In this document: positions 1 through 8,335 of the stretch, piece after piece
How positions within the stretch are numbered: the stretch's first letter is position 1
Layout: every line of letters starts with the position of its first letter
DNA from: Deltaproteobacteria bacterium
GTDB taxonomy: Bacteria > Myxococcota_A > UBA9042
Assembly: GCA_016218865.1 (NCBI GenBank)
Contig: JACRCU010000311.1
Location: 1-62,843, forward strand
Direction of reading: 5' to 3'
Length of the DNA stretch: 62,843 nt
Made by a program: the position numbers and the translations under genes
Notes under the pieces: model-generated
Told to the model about the DNA's origin: nothing
Databases searched by the model: none
What the model saw: the letters and a program-made list of their open reading frames with translations, nothing else

Positions 1-500
1 CCAAGGTGTCGATGATCGCCGACAAGATCCTGGGCACGGTGGCCAAGAAGCGCAAGGAAGCCAAGGCGGCCGGGGCCACGAGCATGGCGCAGCGCGGCCA
101 AGCGGACGCGGCCAAAGAAGCCGCCGATATCGCCGCCATGGAGCAGAAGCGCATCAAGGACGCCCAGGAGCGCGCTCGTCAAGAGGCGCTCAAGTACGGC
201 GTGGTGGGCAAGCAAGAGCAAGCGGTGGGGGTCACGGGTCCAGAACTCACGCAAAAGGACGTCACCAAGCTCTGTCGCGAAAAAGAAGGTATTTTGCGTG
301 GTTGTGGCAAGAAGTTCGACGCCGAGGCTGGCTTCAAGCTCAAACTCACCTTCGAGACCTCTGGCCGCATCAGCGCCGTGCAGGCGACGGTCGATGGCAA
401 GGCCAACGGCGACCTGGGCAGCTGCATCCGCAGCCAGCTGGCCGGCGTCCGCCTGGACCCGCCCAAGGCCACTACCACCTACGACTGCAAAGTCGACTAG
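1..500 (+). CDS. 5'-truncated CDS; protein ending in a TonB_C-like (AgmX/PglI-type) C-terminal domain
   Basis: The frame of ORF 6..500 stays open to the window edge. A Lys/Ala/Glu-rich linker is followed by a C-terminal ~90 aa (GCGKKFDAEAGFKLKLTFETSGRISAVQATVDG...CIRSQLAGVRLDPP). This resembles the C-terminus of CDS 10072..11868. Confidence 0.5.
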   Translation, partial: KVSMIADKILGTVAKKRKEAKAAGATSMAQRGQADAAKEAADIAAMEQKRIKDAQERARQEALKYGVVGKQEQAVGVTGPELTQKDVTKLCREKEGILRGCGKKFDAEAGFKLKLTFETSGRISAVQATVDGKANGDLGSCIRSQLAGVRLDPPKATTTYDCKVD

Positions 501-566
501 GCTGCGAGCGGGCGTCGAATCGCCGCCGCCGTGCGCGCGTTGCAACCCCATCGGCGGAGGACGATC

Positions 567-1235
567 ATGAACTTCATGTCCGTGCAGCTTTTGCGGTGTC
601 GCCCTGGGTTCCTGGCCGTGCTGGTCACCTTGGCCGGGCTGCTGCTCGCTGGCGTGGCCTTTGGCCAGGAAGTGCGCGTCCATTACAAGATCCGTGGCTT
701 CTCGCCCGACCAGAAGCAGATGCTGGTGCAGATCGACGACATCAACTCGTCGGACCCCTTCCTGCAGGTGTGGGACGTCGACCCACCTGCGCCGGCCAAA
801 AAGGCGCAGAAGACCGCGTTTGTTAAGTCGGAAGGCCCCAAGTTCATTCGCGAAACCCGCAAGAAGCTCAAGATGGCCGACGCGGGCGTCGAAGACTGGC
901 TGTACCCGCTGGACCCCAAGGACGAGACCAAGTCCTTGTCGTTCTTTGGCCTGATGGCGGCCAAGGACCGCTTCGTACTGGCCTGCACCGACAAGCAGAA
1001 GCTGGGTAAAGTCAAGGACATCCCCATCAAGATCGACGAGGAGACCAAGACGCCGGCCAAGGCCAAGCTGGAGGGCATCTTCTGGACGACCGACCGCAAG
1101 CTGCTGATCGCGGTGGTGTCGCAGAAGATCGATACCGGCACGTTCCTGAGTGAGCGCGACGAGTTCCACGTGGTCCGCTTCAACCCGTCCGACATCCTGT
1201 GGGTCGACAACAGCCCCGAACCGCCGGCAAAGTAG
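567..1235 (+). CDS. secreted hypothetical protein
   Basis: ATG 567 is preceded by GGAGG (556-560). There is a signal peptide (FLAVLVTLAGLLLAGVAFG/QE). No family was recognised. I judge the ORF-track start at 531 to be an upstream extension. Confidence 0.6.
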   Translation: MNFMSVQLLRCRPGFLAVLVTLAGLLLAGVAFGQEVRVHYKIRGFSPDQKQMLVQIDDINSSDPFLQVWDVDPPAPAKKAQKTAFVKSEGPKFIRETRKKLKMADAGVEDWLYPLDPKDETKSLSFFGLMAAKDRFVLACTDKQKLGKVKDIPIKIDEETKTPAKAKLEGIFWTTDRKLLIAVVSQKIDTGTFLSERDEFHVVRFNPSDILWVDNSPEPPAK

Positions 1236-1253
1236 GCCGAGATCGGGCCCCGA

Positions 1254-3095
1254 ATGTCGCAATCCGCAACCGGGCAGACCGCCCAACCCCAAGGCAAGCG
1301 CGAGGCGCCGGCCGGCCCTGAGGCTCAGCCGGCGGTGCGTCAGCGGGGCCAGGACTGGACGCTGCTCAAGCGTTTCTGGGCGTTTGCGCGTCAGGATCGG
1401 CGCTGGCTGATCCTGGGCCTGCTGGGCCTGCCGGCGATGACCGGCGCGGGGCTGCTGCAGCCGTGGTTGATCAAGGTCGCCATCGACGGACCGATCGCGG
1501 CGAGCGTCACGGGCGCTGAAGTCGCCGGACCGTGGACGCTGGGCACGGTGGCGGCGGTGTTCCTGGCGGCGGTGGTGGCGGAATACGGCTTTCGCGGCCT
1601 GCAGTTGTATGCCTTGCAGAAGCTGGGGTTCCGCGCCCTGGGCCGGCTGCGGCGCGCCATCTTCGTGCACGTGCTGGGGCAGGGCGGGCGGTTTTTCGAC
1701 ACGCGCACCACCGGCTCGCTGCTGACCCGCACCACCACCGATGTCGAGGCGCTGGGCGAGGTGCTGACCTTCGGCATCGTCGGCATCGTCGGCGACGTCA
1801 TCGACATCGTGGCGATCATCGCGGTCATGGTGGCGCTGGACCTGAAGCTGACCGCCATGAGCATGTTGGTGGCGCCGGTCATCGTGCTGGTGGTCAATTT
1901 CTTTCGCCGGCAGCTGCGCAAATACTCGAACGAAATTCGCCGGTCGATGGCCCAGTCGAGCGGCTACTACCAAGAGGCGCTGTCGGGCGCGCGCATCATC
2001 CAGCTGCACGGCCGCCAGCAGACCACCCAGGACGAGTACCGCGAGCTGAACTACGCGTACCTCCACGCCTATCGCATCTCGAACATCTACGACGCCAGCC
2101 TGTACGCCGTGATGGACGGGGTTGCCTCGCTGTGCATCGCCCTGCTCATCTGGTACGGCGGCGGTCGCGCGCTGCAAGGCGCCGTGACAGTTGGGCTTTT
2201 GGTGGCCTTCATCCAGTACATCCAGCGGCTGTTCATTCCGATCCGCGAGCTGTCGGCCAAGGTGGCGACCATCGAGCGGGCGCTGTCGGCCCTGGAGCGC
2301 ATCTTCGGCCTGCTCGACGTGCACGAAGAAGTGCGCGAGGGCGCGTTTGCCCCCGAGCGGGTGCGCGGCGAGATCGCCTTGGAGGGCGTCGACTTTGCCT
2401 ACGACGGCAAGAACCTGGTGCTGCGCGGCGTGTCGCTGCAGGTGGGGCCGGGGCAGGTGCTGGCGCTGGTGGGGCCCACGGGCTCGGGCAAGACCACGGT
2501 GGCCAAGCTGCTGACCCACATGTACGAACCGCCCGACGGCCGGGTCAAGCTCGACGGCGTGCCGGTGGAGCAATGGCAGGCGGCGGCGCTGCGGCGGGCC
2601 ATCGGCGTGGTCCAGCAAGACGTGATCGAGTTTTCGGGCAGTTTGTACGACAACGTGGACCTGGGCCGCGGTCTGGGTCGCGAGCACGTGGCGCGGGCGC
2701 TGAACGACGCCTGCCTGGGCGATGTGGTCGAGCGCCTGGGCGGCATCGATGCACAACTTGGCGAGGGTATGGCCCTTTCGGCCGGCGAGCGGCAGCTGCT
2801 GAGCGTGGCCCGGATCCTGGCCGCCGACCCGGCAGTGGTGGTGCTGGACGAGGCCACGGCGTCGATCGACTCGCTCACCGAGCAGAAGCTGCAGCAGGCC
2901 ATCGAGCGGGTGCTGGCCGGCCGCACCGCGGTGGTGGTGGCGCACCGCCTGTCGACCATCCGCCGCGCCGACTGCATCGCGGTGTTGCGTCGCGGCGAGC
3001 TGGTCGAGAAGGGCACCCACGACGAGCTGATGCAGAACGGCGGGCTGTACGCCGAGCTGGTGGCGTCCGCCGACCGCCAAGGCCACCTGGCCTGA
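1254..3095 (+). CDS. ABC exporter, fused permease/ATPase (MsbA-like half transporter)
   Basis: N-terminal multi-TM exporter domain. Walker A GPTGSGKTT, signature LSAGERQ, Walker B VVVLDEATASID, H-loop VVAHRL. Confidence 0.9.
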   Translation: MSQSATGQTAQPQGKREAPAGPEAQPAVRQRGQDWTLLKRFWAFARQDRRWLILGLLGLPAMTGAGLLQPWLIKVAIDGPIAASVTGAEVAGPWTLGTVAAVFLAAVVAEYGFRGLQLYALQKLGFRALGRLRRAIFVHVLGQGGRFFDTRTTGSLLTRTTTDVEALGEVLTFGIVGIVGDVIDIVAIIAVMVALDLKLTAMSMLVAPVIVLVVNFFRRQLRKYSNEIRRSMAQSSGYYQEALSGARIIQLHGRQQTTQDEYRELNYAYLHAYRISNIYDASLYAVMDGVASLCIALLIWYGGGRALQGAVTVGLLVAFIQYIQRLFIPIRELSAKVATIERALSALERIFGLLDVHEEVREGAFAPERVRGEIALEGVDFAYDGKNLVLRGVSLQVGPGQVLALVGPTGSGKTTVAKLLTHMYEPPDGRVKLDGVPVEQWQAAALRRAIGVVQQDVIEFSGSLYDNVDLGRGLGREHVARALNDACLGDVVERLGGIDAQLGEGMALSAGERQLLSVARILAADPAVVVLDEATASIDSLTEQKLQQAIERVLAGRTAVVVAHRLSTIRRADCIAVLRRGELVEKGTHDELMQNGGLYAELVASADRQGHLA

Positions 3096-3114
3096 ACTAC
3101 GCAAGGAGCAACAG

Positions 3115-4428
3115 ATGATTCCGCAGACACTCAAAGGTTTTCGCGACTTTCTACCCGACACCATGGCGCCGCGCCAGCAGATGATCCGCACCATCGAAGA
3201 CGCCTTTGCCCGCCACGGCTTCCTGCCGCTGCAGACCCCGGCGCTGGAGTACCTGGAGACGCTGCTGGGCAAGTACGGCGAAGAGGGCGACAAGCTGCTG
3301 TATCGCTTCGAGGACAACGGCGGCCGCAATGTGGCGCTGCGCTACGACCTGACGGTGCCGCTGGCGCGCCTGGTGGCCCAGCATCGCGCCGAGATCGTGT
3401 TGCCGTTCCGCCGCTTTCACATCGCGCCCGTGTGGCGGGCCGAGAAGCCGCAGCGCGGACGCTTTCGCGAATTCCTGCAGTGCGACGCGGACATCTGCGG
3501 TGTCGACTCGCCGATGGCCGACGCCGAGGTGCTGGTGACGGGCCTGGCGACCCTGCGGGCGCTGGGCGTCCACGGCGCGCGCCTGCACCTGAACCACCGC
3601 GACGTGCTGTTCGGCATGCTTGAAGTGCTGGGGATCAGCGAAAAGCCCAAGCAGATCATCTGTATCCGCGCCATCGACAAGCTGGACAAGATCGGCAAAG
3701 ACGGCGTGGTCGCCGAGATCGTGCGCGAGGCGGCGGTCGAGACCGCGCAAGCCGCCGAGATCGTGGCGGCTTTTGACGGCGGCGGCGGGATCGAGCCGAT
3801 CGCCGCGCTGGCGGCGGGCAAGGGGCACACGGCGCTGGACGCGGCCCTGCTGCGCCTGCAGGCGGTGGTCGAGCTGGTGGCGGCGGCCGGCCTGGGCGAG
3901 CAGGTGGTGATCGATCGCTCGATCGCCCGCGGCCTGGACTACTACACGGGCATCATCTACGAGACGCGCCTGACCGACCCCAAGGTGGCGAGCATCGGCG
4001 CGGTGATGTCGGGCGGCCGCTACGACGGCCTGATCGGCCTGTTCGGCAAGGAGCAGATCGCCGCGGTCGGCATCTCGATCGGTCTGGACCGCCTGCTGGC
4101 GGCGCTGCAAGAGTTGGGGCTGCTGGCCCAGGGCCTGGCGCAGGTGCCGATCTACGTCATGCCGCTCGATGCCAGTGTCGCGGGGCCGGCGCTGGCCATG
4201 GCGAGCGAGCTGCGCGCCGCGGGGCTGCGGGTCGAGGTCGACCTGGCCGGCGGGCGCATCGGCAAGCAGTTCGAGCGGGCAGGCAAGCGTGGGGCCCGGC
4301 TGGCGCTGGTGCTGGGCAGCGACGAACTGGCCGCGGGCGAGGTGGTGGTCAAAGACCTGGCCGCTGGCGCCCAGACCAAGGTGGCGCGCGCTGCGTTGGC
4401 GGCGACCTTGCAGCAGCTGTTGGGGTAG
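3115..4428 (+). CDS. hisS: histidine--tRNA ligase
   Basis: Class II HisRS hallmarks: LKGFRDFLP, ALRYDLTVPLAR, FREFLQCDADI, GGRYDGL, plus a C-terminal anticodon-binding domain. It starts 19 nt after the ABC stop. Confidence 0.9.
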   Translation: MIPQTLKGFRDFLPDTMAPRQQMIRTIEDAFARHGFLPLQTPALEYLETLLGKYGEEGDKLLYRFEDNGGRNVALRYDLTVPLARLVAQHRAEIVLPFRRFHIAPVWRAEKPQRGRFREFLQCDADICGVDSPMADAEVLVTGLATLRALGVHGARLHLNHRDVLFGMLEVLGISEKPKQIICIRAIDKLDKIGKDGVVAEIVREAAVETAQAAEIVAAFDGGGGIEPIAALAAGKGHTALDAALLRLQAVVELVAAAGLGEQVVIDRSIARGLDYYTGIIYETRLTDPKVASIGAVMSGGRYDGLIGLFGKEQIAAVGISIGLDRLLAALQELGLLAQGLAQVPIYVMPLDASVAGPALAMASELRAAGLRVEVDLAGGRIGKQFERAGKRGARLALVLGSDELAAGEVVVKDLAAGAQTKVARAALAATLQQLLG

Positions 4429-4475
4429 CGCGCACCCGGCTGACGTTTTTTGTCAGCGCCGTGAGCGCGTTGTGT
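4428..4475 (+). terminator. candidate two-tier hairpin after hisS
   Basis: Inner stem GCTGAC (4439-4444) pairs with GTCAGC (4452-4457), with a GTTTTTT loop. It is nested in an outer GCGCGCAC / GTGAGCGCG helix and followed by TTGTGT. The T-tract is weak. Confidence 0.3.
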
Positions 4476-4551
4476 CACCTCCGGGCTCATACCTGTATGC
4501 CTGTGTATGAAATATGCAGCGATACTAGGTCAATGGCTGCGGCGGCCAACT

Positions 4552-4566
4552 TGGCACAAAAGTTGG
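4552..4566 (+). promoter_or_regulatory. near-match to a sigma54 -24/-12 box
   Basis: TGGCAC-AAAAG-TTGG against consensus TGGCAC-N5-TTGC. The -12 GC is replaced by GG, so this is only a near-match. Confidence 0.2.
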
Positions 4567-4592
4567 ATTGCTACTCGGTGGGGGATCACCTC

Positions 4593-4645
4593 GGACCCTC
4601 CGCTGCGTCGGCACTGGTCGTCGTGGCGGAGGGTTCGGGGTTTTT
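4593..4645 (+). terminator. hairpin plus T-tract in the leader of the TPR lipoprotein gene (terminator or attenuator candidate)
   Basis: An 11-bp stem GGACCCTCCGC (4593-4603) / GCGGAGGGTTC (4626-4636) contains one G-U pair. It is followed by GGGG and TTTTT (4641-4645), 77 nt upstream of ATG 4722. Confidence 0.4.
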
Positions 4646-4721
4646 GGCGACCTGCGCACGCGGTGGGCGGCGCCGCCGCGGTCCGTTGACTTCGGCCCGG
4701 CGTTCCCCGCACCCTGAAGCC

Positions 4722-5912
4722 ATGCTGTCTCGCCTGCCCACTCGCTCGATCGTTCTCGCCTTGGCGGCGCTGGTCGGGCTGGTCGGTTGCGGCGGCGCCA
4801 GCGCGCAGCTGCGCAGCACCCAGGTCATCGCCCTGGACCCGATTGAAATCAAGGCCGATCGCCGCGACGGCAAGGTCGAGAGCTACGTCAAGGACTTCGA
4901 CCAGCTGCACGACAGCGCGATGGCCAGCTTCAAGGCGGGCGAGTGGGCGGCGGCCCTGCGCGACTTCGAGCGCCTGATCCGCGATTTCCCCGACCATACC
5001 CAGCGCTACGCCCTGGAGTTCAACGCCGGCCTGTGCCTGAACCACCTGCGCCGCCACGCCGAAGCCGCGCAGCGGTTTGCCGATGCCCGCACCCACAGCG
5101 CCGGCACCCGCCACGCCCGCGACGCGCTGTTCCTACAGGCCGAGGCCTTGGAGCGCGCCGAGAAGTGGGGCGAGGCCGCGCACCTGTACCGCAGCGCGCT
5201 GGAAGACCCCGCAACCCAGGAGCAGATCGGCGGCAAGCTGGGGCTGTTGGACGAGTTGGAGGCGCAAGCTCGCCGCGGACTGGCGCTGCGGCGCGCGGGG
5301 GATCTGCCTGGGGCGGATAGAGCGCTCCGGCAGGTGGAGCAGCTGTACGACGACCACCGCGACACGCCGCTGGTGGCGCAGTCCGAGTGGGTGGCGCGGG
5401 CGCTGTACGAGCGCGCGCAGATCTTCTACGACTTGTTCGCCTCGATTCGCTTCCGCCTGCCGGTGGAGCGGATGCAGAAGGAGCTGGAAGACAAGTCGAA
5501 CTTGTTCTTGAAGTCCGAGGGTTTGCTGTATCGCTGCGTGCGCCTGCGGGTCAAGCCGTGGTCGCTGGCGGCTGGCCACGCCATCGGCACCCTGTACACG
5601 CGCCTGATCGAGGACATCGACAACGCCGAGGTGCCGCCCGATCTGGACCCGCCGACGATGGAGCTGTACCGCGACGAGCTGTGGAACCACACCGAGCGGC
5701 TGGCCAAGCGCGCCCTGACCATCTTCCAAAAGAACATCGAGCTGGCCCAAACGCTGGGCGACGCCGAGTGGGTCGAAAAGTCGCACCAGGGCTACAAACG
5801 TGTGGAAAAGCTGGTCGAGAGCAACATGGCGCGGCGGATCCGCCTGCTCAAGGGTGCCCAGGTGGCCCCGTCGCGCGATGCGACCCCCAGCGACGAGATC
5901 GATGTGCCGTAA
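4722..5912 (+). CDS. lipoprotein with TPR-like helical repeats
   Basis: ATG 4722. Lipobox LALAALVGLVGC. The body is helical and repeat-like (AALRDFERLIRDFPDH..., AEALERAEKWGEAAHLY...). I judge the 5' part of ORF 4461..5912 to be non-coding. Confidence 0.65.
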   Translation: MLSRLPTRSIVLALAALVGLVGCGGASAQLRSTQVIALDPIEIKADRRDGKVESYVKDFDQLHDSAMASFKAGEWAAALRDFERLIRDFPDHTQRYALEFNAGLCLNHLRRHAEAAQRFADARTHSAGTRHARDALFLQAEALERAEKWGEAAHLYRSALEDPATQEQIGGKLGLLDELEAQARRGLALRRAGDLPGADRALRQVEQLYDDHRDTPLVAQSEWVARALYERAQIFYDLFASIRFRLPVERMQKELEDKSNLFLKSEGLLYRCVRLRVKPWSLAAGHAIGTLYTRLIEDIDNAEVPPDLDPPTMELYRDELWNHTERLAKRALTIFQKNIELAQTLGDAEWVEKSHQGYKRVEKLVESNMARRIRLLKGAQVAPSRDATPSDEIDVP

Positions 5913-5993
5913 CGGCACGGGCTGCAGGTGCACAGCCCGCAGGTTTGACGTACACTGCCGCGACCTTGCGCGTGCGCGAGCCACCGACCTGCG

Positions 5994-6992
5994 ATGAGCG
6001 AAACACTGAAATTCATTCGCGCCGATGCCACGCCCCACGTGGCCGCCACGCGCCTGCGCCGCGACGACCCGCGCATGGGCAGCTGTGCCGTCACGCTCGA
6101 CGCCGGCCCGCCCGAGGAGCGGGTGCGGGCGATCCTACTGGGCGTCGCCGACGAACGCGCCGTGCAACTTGCCGGTGGACGCGCGGGGGCGGTCGACGGC
6201 CCGCACCGCCTGCGCGACTGGTTCTTTCGGCTGCCGGCGCCGCCCGAATTCGGGCCGCTGTCGGTGCTGAACGCCGGCGACCTGCAGGCGGCCGACCACA
6301 CCAGCGAGACCCAAGCGCGTCTGGCCGAGGTGATCGCCGTTTTGCGCGACCGCTTTCCGCGCGCTCGCATCGTGGTGGTGGGCGGCGGACACGACCACTG
6401 CTATGGCGAGGTGCTGGGGCTGGCCCGCAGCGTGGCCCGCGGCGAACCGGCGGCGCGGATGGCGCTGTTGGACGTCAGCCACCGTGCCGGGGTGCGGCCC
6501 AGCGATCACGACCGCCGCGAGGTGGCGGCGGACTCGCAGATGCGGCGTATGCTCATGGAGCCGGCGGCGCGTCTGGATGGCCAGTCGACGCTGCTGTGGG
6601 GCTTGCAGCGCTCGGCAAACTCGGTCGACCGGTTGCAGTTTCTGCACCAGCATGGCGCGCGCACGGTGTTCTGGGAAGACATCGAGGCCGACGAGCGTCG
6701 CGCGGCCGAGGGGCTGATCCGCTGGCAAGACGAGGCGGCCACAGGTCACGCGGCCGTCGCGATGGCGGTCGATCTGGCGGTGTTCGGCCAGGTTGCAGCC
6801 CCCGGGGTCAGCGACCCAGTGGCGATTGGCGTGCCGCCGGGCGCCGTCGTGCGCGCCGCAGCACACCTGACCACCTGCAACCGGCCGTCGTTGCTGGGGT
6901 TGCACGGTCTCAATCCGCGCTTCGACCAAGATGGCGCCACCGCCCGGCTCGCGGCGCGGCTGGCTTGGAGCTACTTGACTGGTTGGGCCTAG
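5994..6992 (+). CDS. arginase/formiminoglutamase-fold (ureohydrolase-like) protein, metal ligands apparently degenerate
   Basis: VVVGGGHDHCYG resembles the GGDHS motif. LLDVSHRAG stands in place of DAHxD. AVDLAVFGQVAAPGVSDP stands in place of S-DxDxxDP...PG. Confidence 0.5.
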   Translation: MSETLKFIRADATPHVAATRLRRDDPRMGSCAVTLDAGPPEERVRAILLGVADERAVQLAGGRAGAVDGPHRLRDWFFRLPAPPEFGPLSVLNAGDLQAADHTSETQARLAEVIAVLRDRFPRARIVVVGGGHDHCYGEVLGLARSVARGEPAARMALLDVSHRAGVRPSDHDRREVAADSQMRRMLMEPAARLDGQSTLLWGLQRSANSVDRLQFLHQHGARTVFWEDIEADERRAAEGLIRWQDEAATGHAAVAMAVDLAVFGQVAAPGVSDPVAIGVPPGAVVRAAAHLTTCNRPSLLGLHGLNPRFDQDGATARLAARLAWSYLTGWA

Positions 6993-7028
6993 TCAGGCCA
7001 AACCGCGCGTTGTCGCAGAGAGGCATCG

Positions 7029-8285
7029 ATGAAGAGCTATCTTGCATGGGTCGCGGCCGTCCTGGCCCTGGCCGCCACCGCCTGCGGCAGCGACAGCGCC
7101 ACCGCGACGGCCAAGACCGACGCGGCCAGCGACACCGCGACCGATGGCGCCGGCAACGCCGACTCGAGCGCCGCTGACGCGGGCAGCGCCGACAGCATCG
7201 CCGCAGACACTACCGTGGACACCACCGCCGACACCGGCGGTGCTGCGCCCTACGGCGTGGGCGTGCTCGACGTCAAGGTCGCCGGCCCCGGCGGTCGCAG
7301 CTTGCCGGCCACCATCTGGTACCCGATTCCGCCCGGCAGCACCGGTACGGTGGTCAAGTACTTGGGCATGATGGCTTCGCCGGGCGGCGCTCTGGAAAAG
7401 GTCGAATCGGCCAAGGGGCCGTTCCCGCTGGTCGCCTTCAGCCACGGCAATCAGGGCATGCGCCAGCAGTCGGTGTTCCTGACCGAGGCGCTGGCCCAGC
7501 ACGGCTACGTGGTGATCGCCCCGGACCACGTGGGCAATACCTATGCGGACTTTGATGCCAAGCTGATCGGCGCGATGGTGGTGTGGCGGCCGCTGGACCT
7601 GCGTGCGGCCATCGACCGCGCCCTCAAGCCCGAGGCCGGCGACCCCGCCTGGCTTACCGGCCTGGTCGACGCGGAGCACATCGCCGTCAGCGGCCACAGT
7701 TTTGGCGGCTACACGGCCCTGGCGGTGGCCGGGGCACCCGTGGACGTGCCCAAGTCCTACCTGCCCGACTGCAGCCTGCCTGGGGCCTCTACCGAGGCGA
7801 CCTGCTCCGCCATGGCCCTGGCGGGCTCCCTGCCGTGGAAGTTCGGCGATCCGCGCGTCAGCTTGACGCTGCCGCTGGCTCACTGTGGCCAGCTGCCGGG
7901 CTTTGGTTTTGTCCTGTCGCTCTTGGGGGACTTGAAGATTCCGGCGATTCTGCAGGCTGCGAGCGGCGATACTACCTGCACCTTGGCGCAGCAGGCGCAG
8001 CCGGCCTACGCCGCGTGGGGCGGCCCCAAGGCGCTCGTCACGATGGACGGCGGCAACCACTTCAGCTACTCGGATCTGTGCAATCTGCCGCTGGCGCAGA
8101 TCCCGCAGTTCGCCGGCTACTGCAAGGACCGGGTGCCCGAGCTCGCCGCCGCCCACGCGTCGGTGATCCACTACACCCTGGCGGCGTGCGATGCTTGGCT
8201 GCGCGGCAAGACCGACCGCATGGCCGAGTTCAAGCCTGGCGCCGCGGGCATCGTCAGCATCCAGTCCAGCGGCATCGTCCAGTAG
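7029..8285 (+). CDS. secreted lipoprotein, alpha/beta hydrolase (PAF-acetylhydrolase/dienelactone hydrolase-like)
   Basis: Lipobox LALAATAC. An acidic D/T/A-rich linker follows. Nucleophile elbow VSGHSFGG. Confidence 0.75.
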   Translation: MKSYLAWVAAVLALAATACGSDSATATAKTDAASDTATDGAGNADSSAADAGSADSIAADTTVDTTADTGGAAPYGVGVLDVKVAGPGGRSLPATIWYPIPPGSTGTVVKYLGMMASPGGALEKVESAKGPFPLVAFSHGNQGMRQQSVFLTEALAQHGYVVIAPDHVGNTYADFDAKLIGAMVVWRPLDLRAAIDRALKPEAGDPAWLTGLVDAEHIAVSGHSFGGYTALAVAGAPVDVPKSYLPDCSLPGASTEATCSAMALAGSLPWKFGDPRVSLTLPLAHCGQLPGFGFVLSLLGDLKIPAILQAASGDTTCTLAQQAQPAYAAWGGPKALVTMDGGNHFSYSDLCNLPLAQIPQFAGYCKDRVPELAAAHASVIHYTLAACDAWLRGKTDRMAEFKPGAAGIVSIQSSGIVQ

Positions 8286-8290
8286 GCGCC

Positions 8291-8314
8291 CAGAACAAAG
8301 CGGCCATTTTCTAC
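8291..8314 (-). repeat. copy C of a 24-nt AT-rich intergenic element (GTAGAAAATGGCCGCTTTGTTCTG on the minus strand)
   Basis: Matches the copy at 47805-47828 at 22/24 positions by direct comparison. It lies in the 50-nt spacer between convergent genes, 5 nt after the TAG at 8283-8285. Confidence 0.7.
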
Positions 8315-8335
8315 CAATCGAAACTACAGCGGTTT

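Noticed and set aside
4461-4721. The N-terminal 87 codons of ORF 4461..5912 as part of the TPR lipoprotein.
   Set aside because: The segment contains an AT-rich patch and a strong hairpin with T-tract, and has no signal-peptide logic. A clean Met-lipobox signal peptide begins at 4722.
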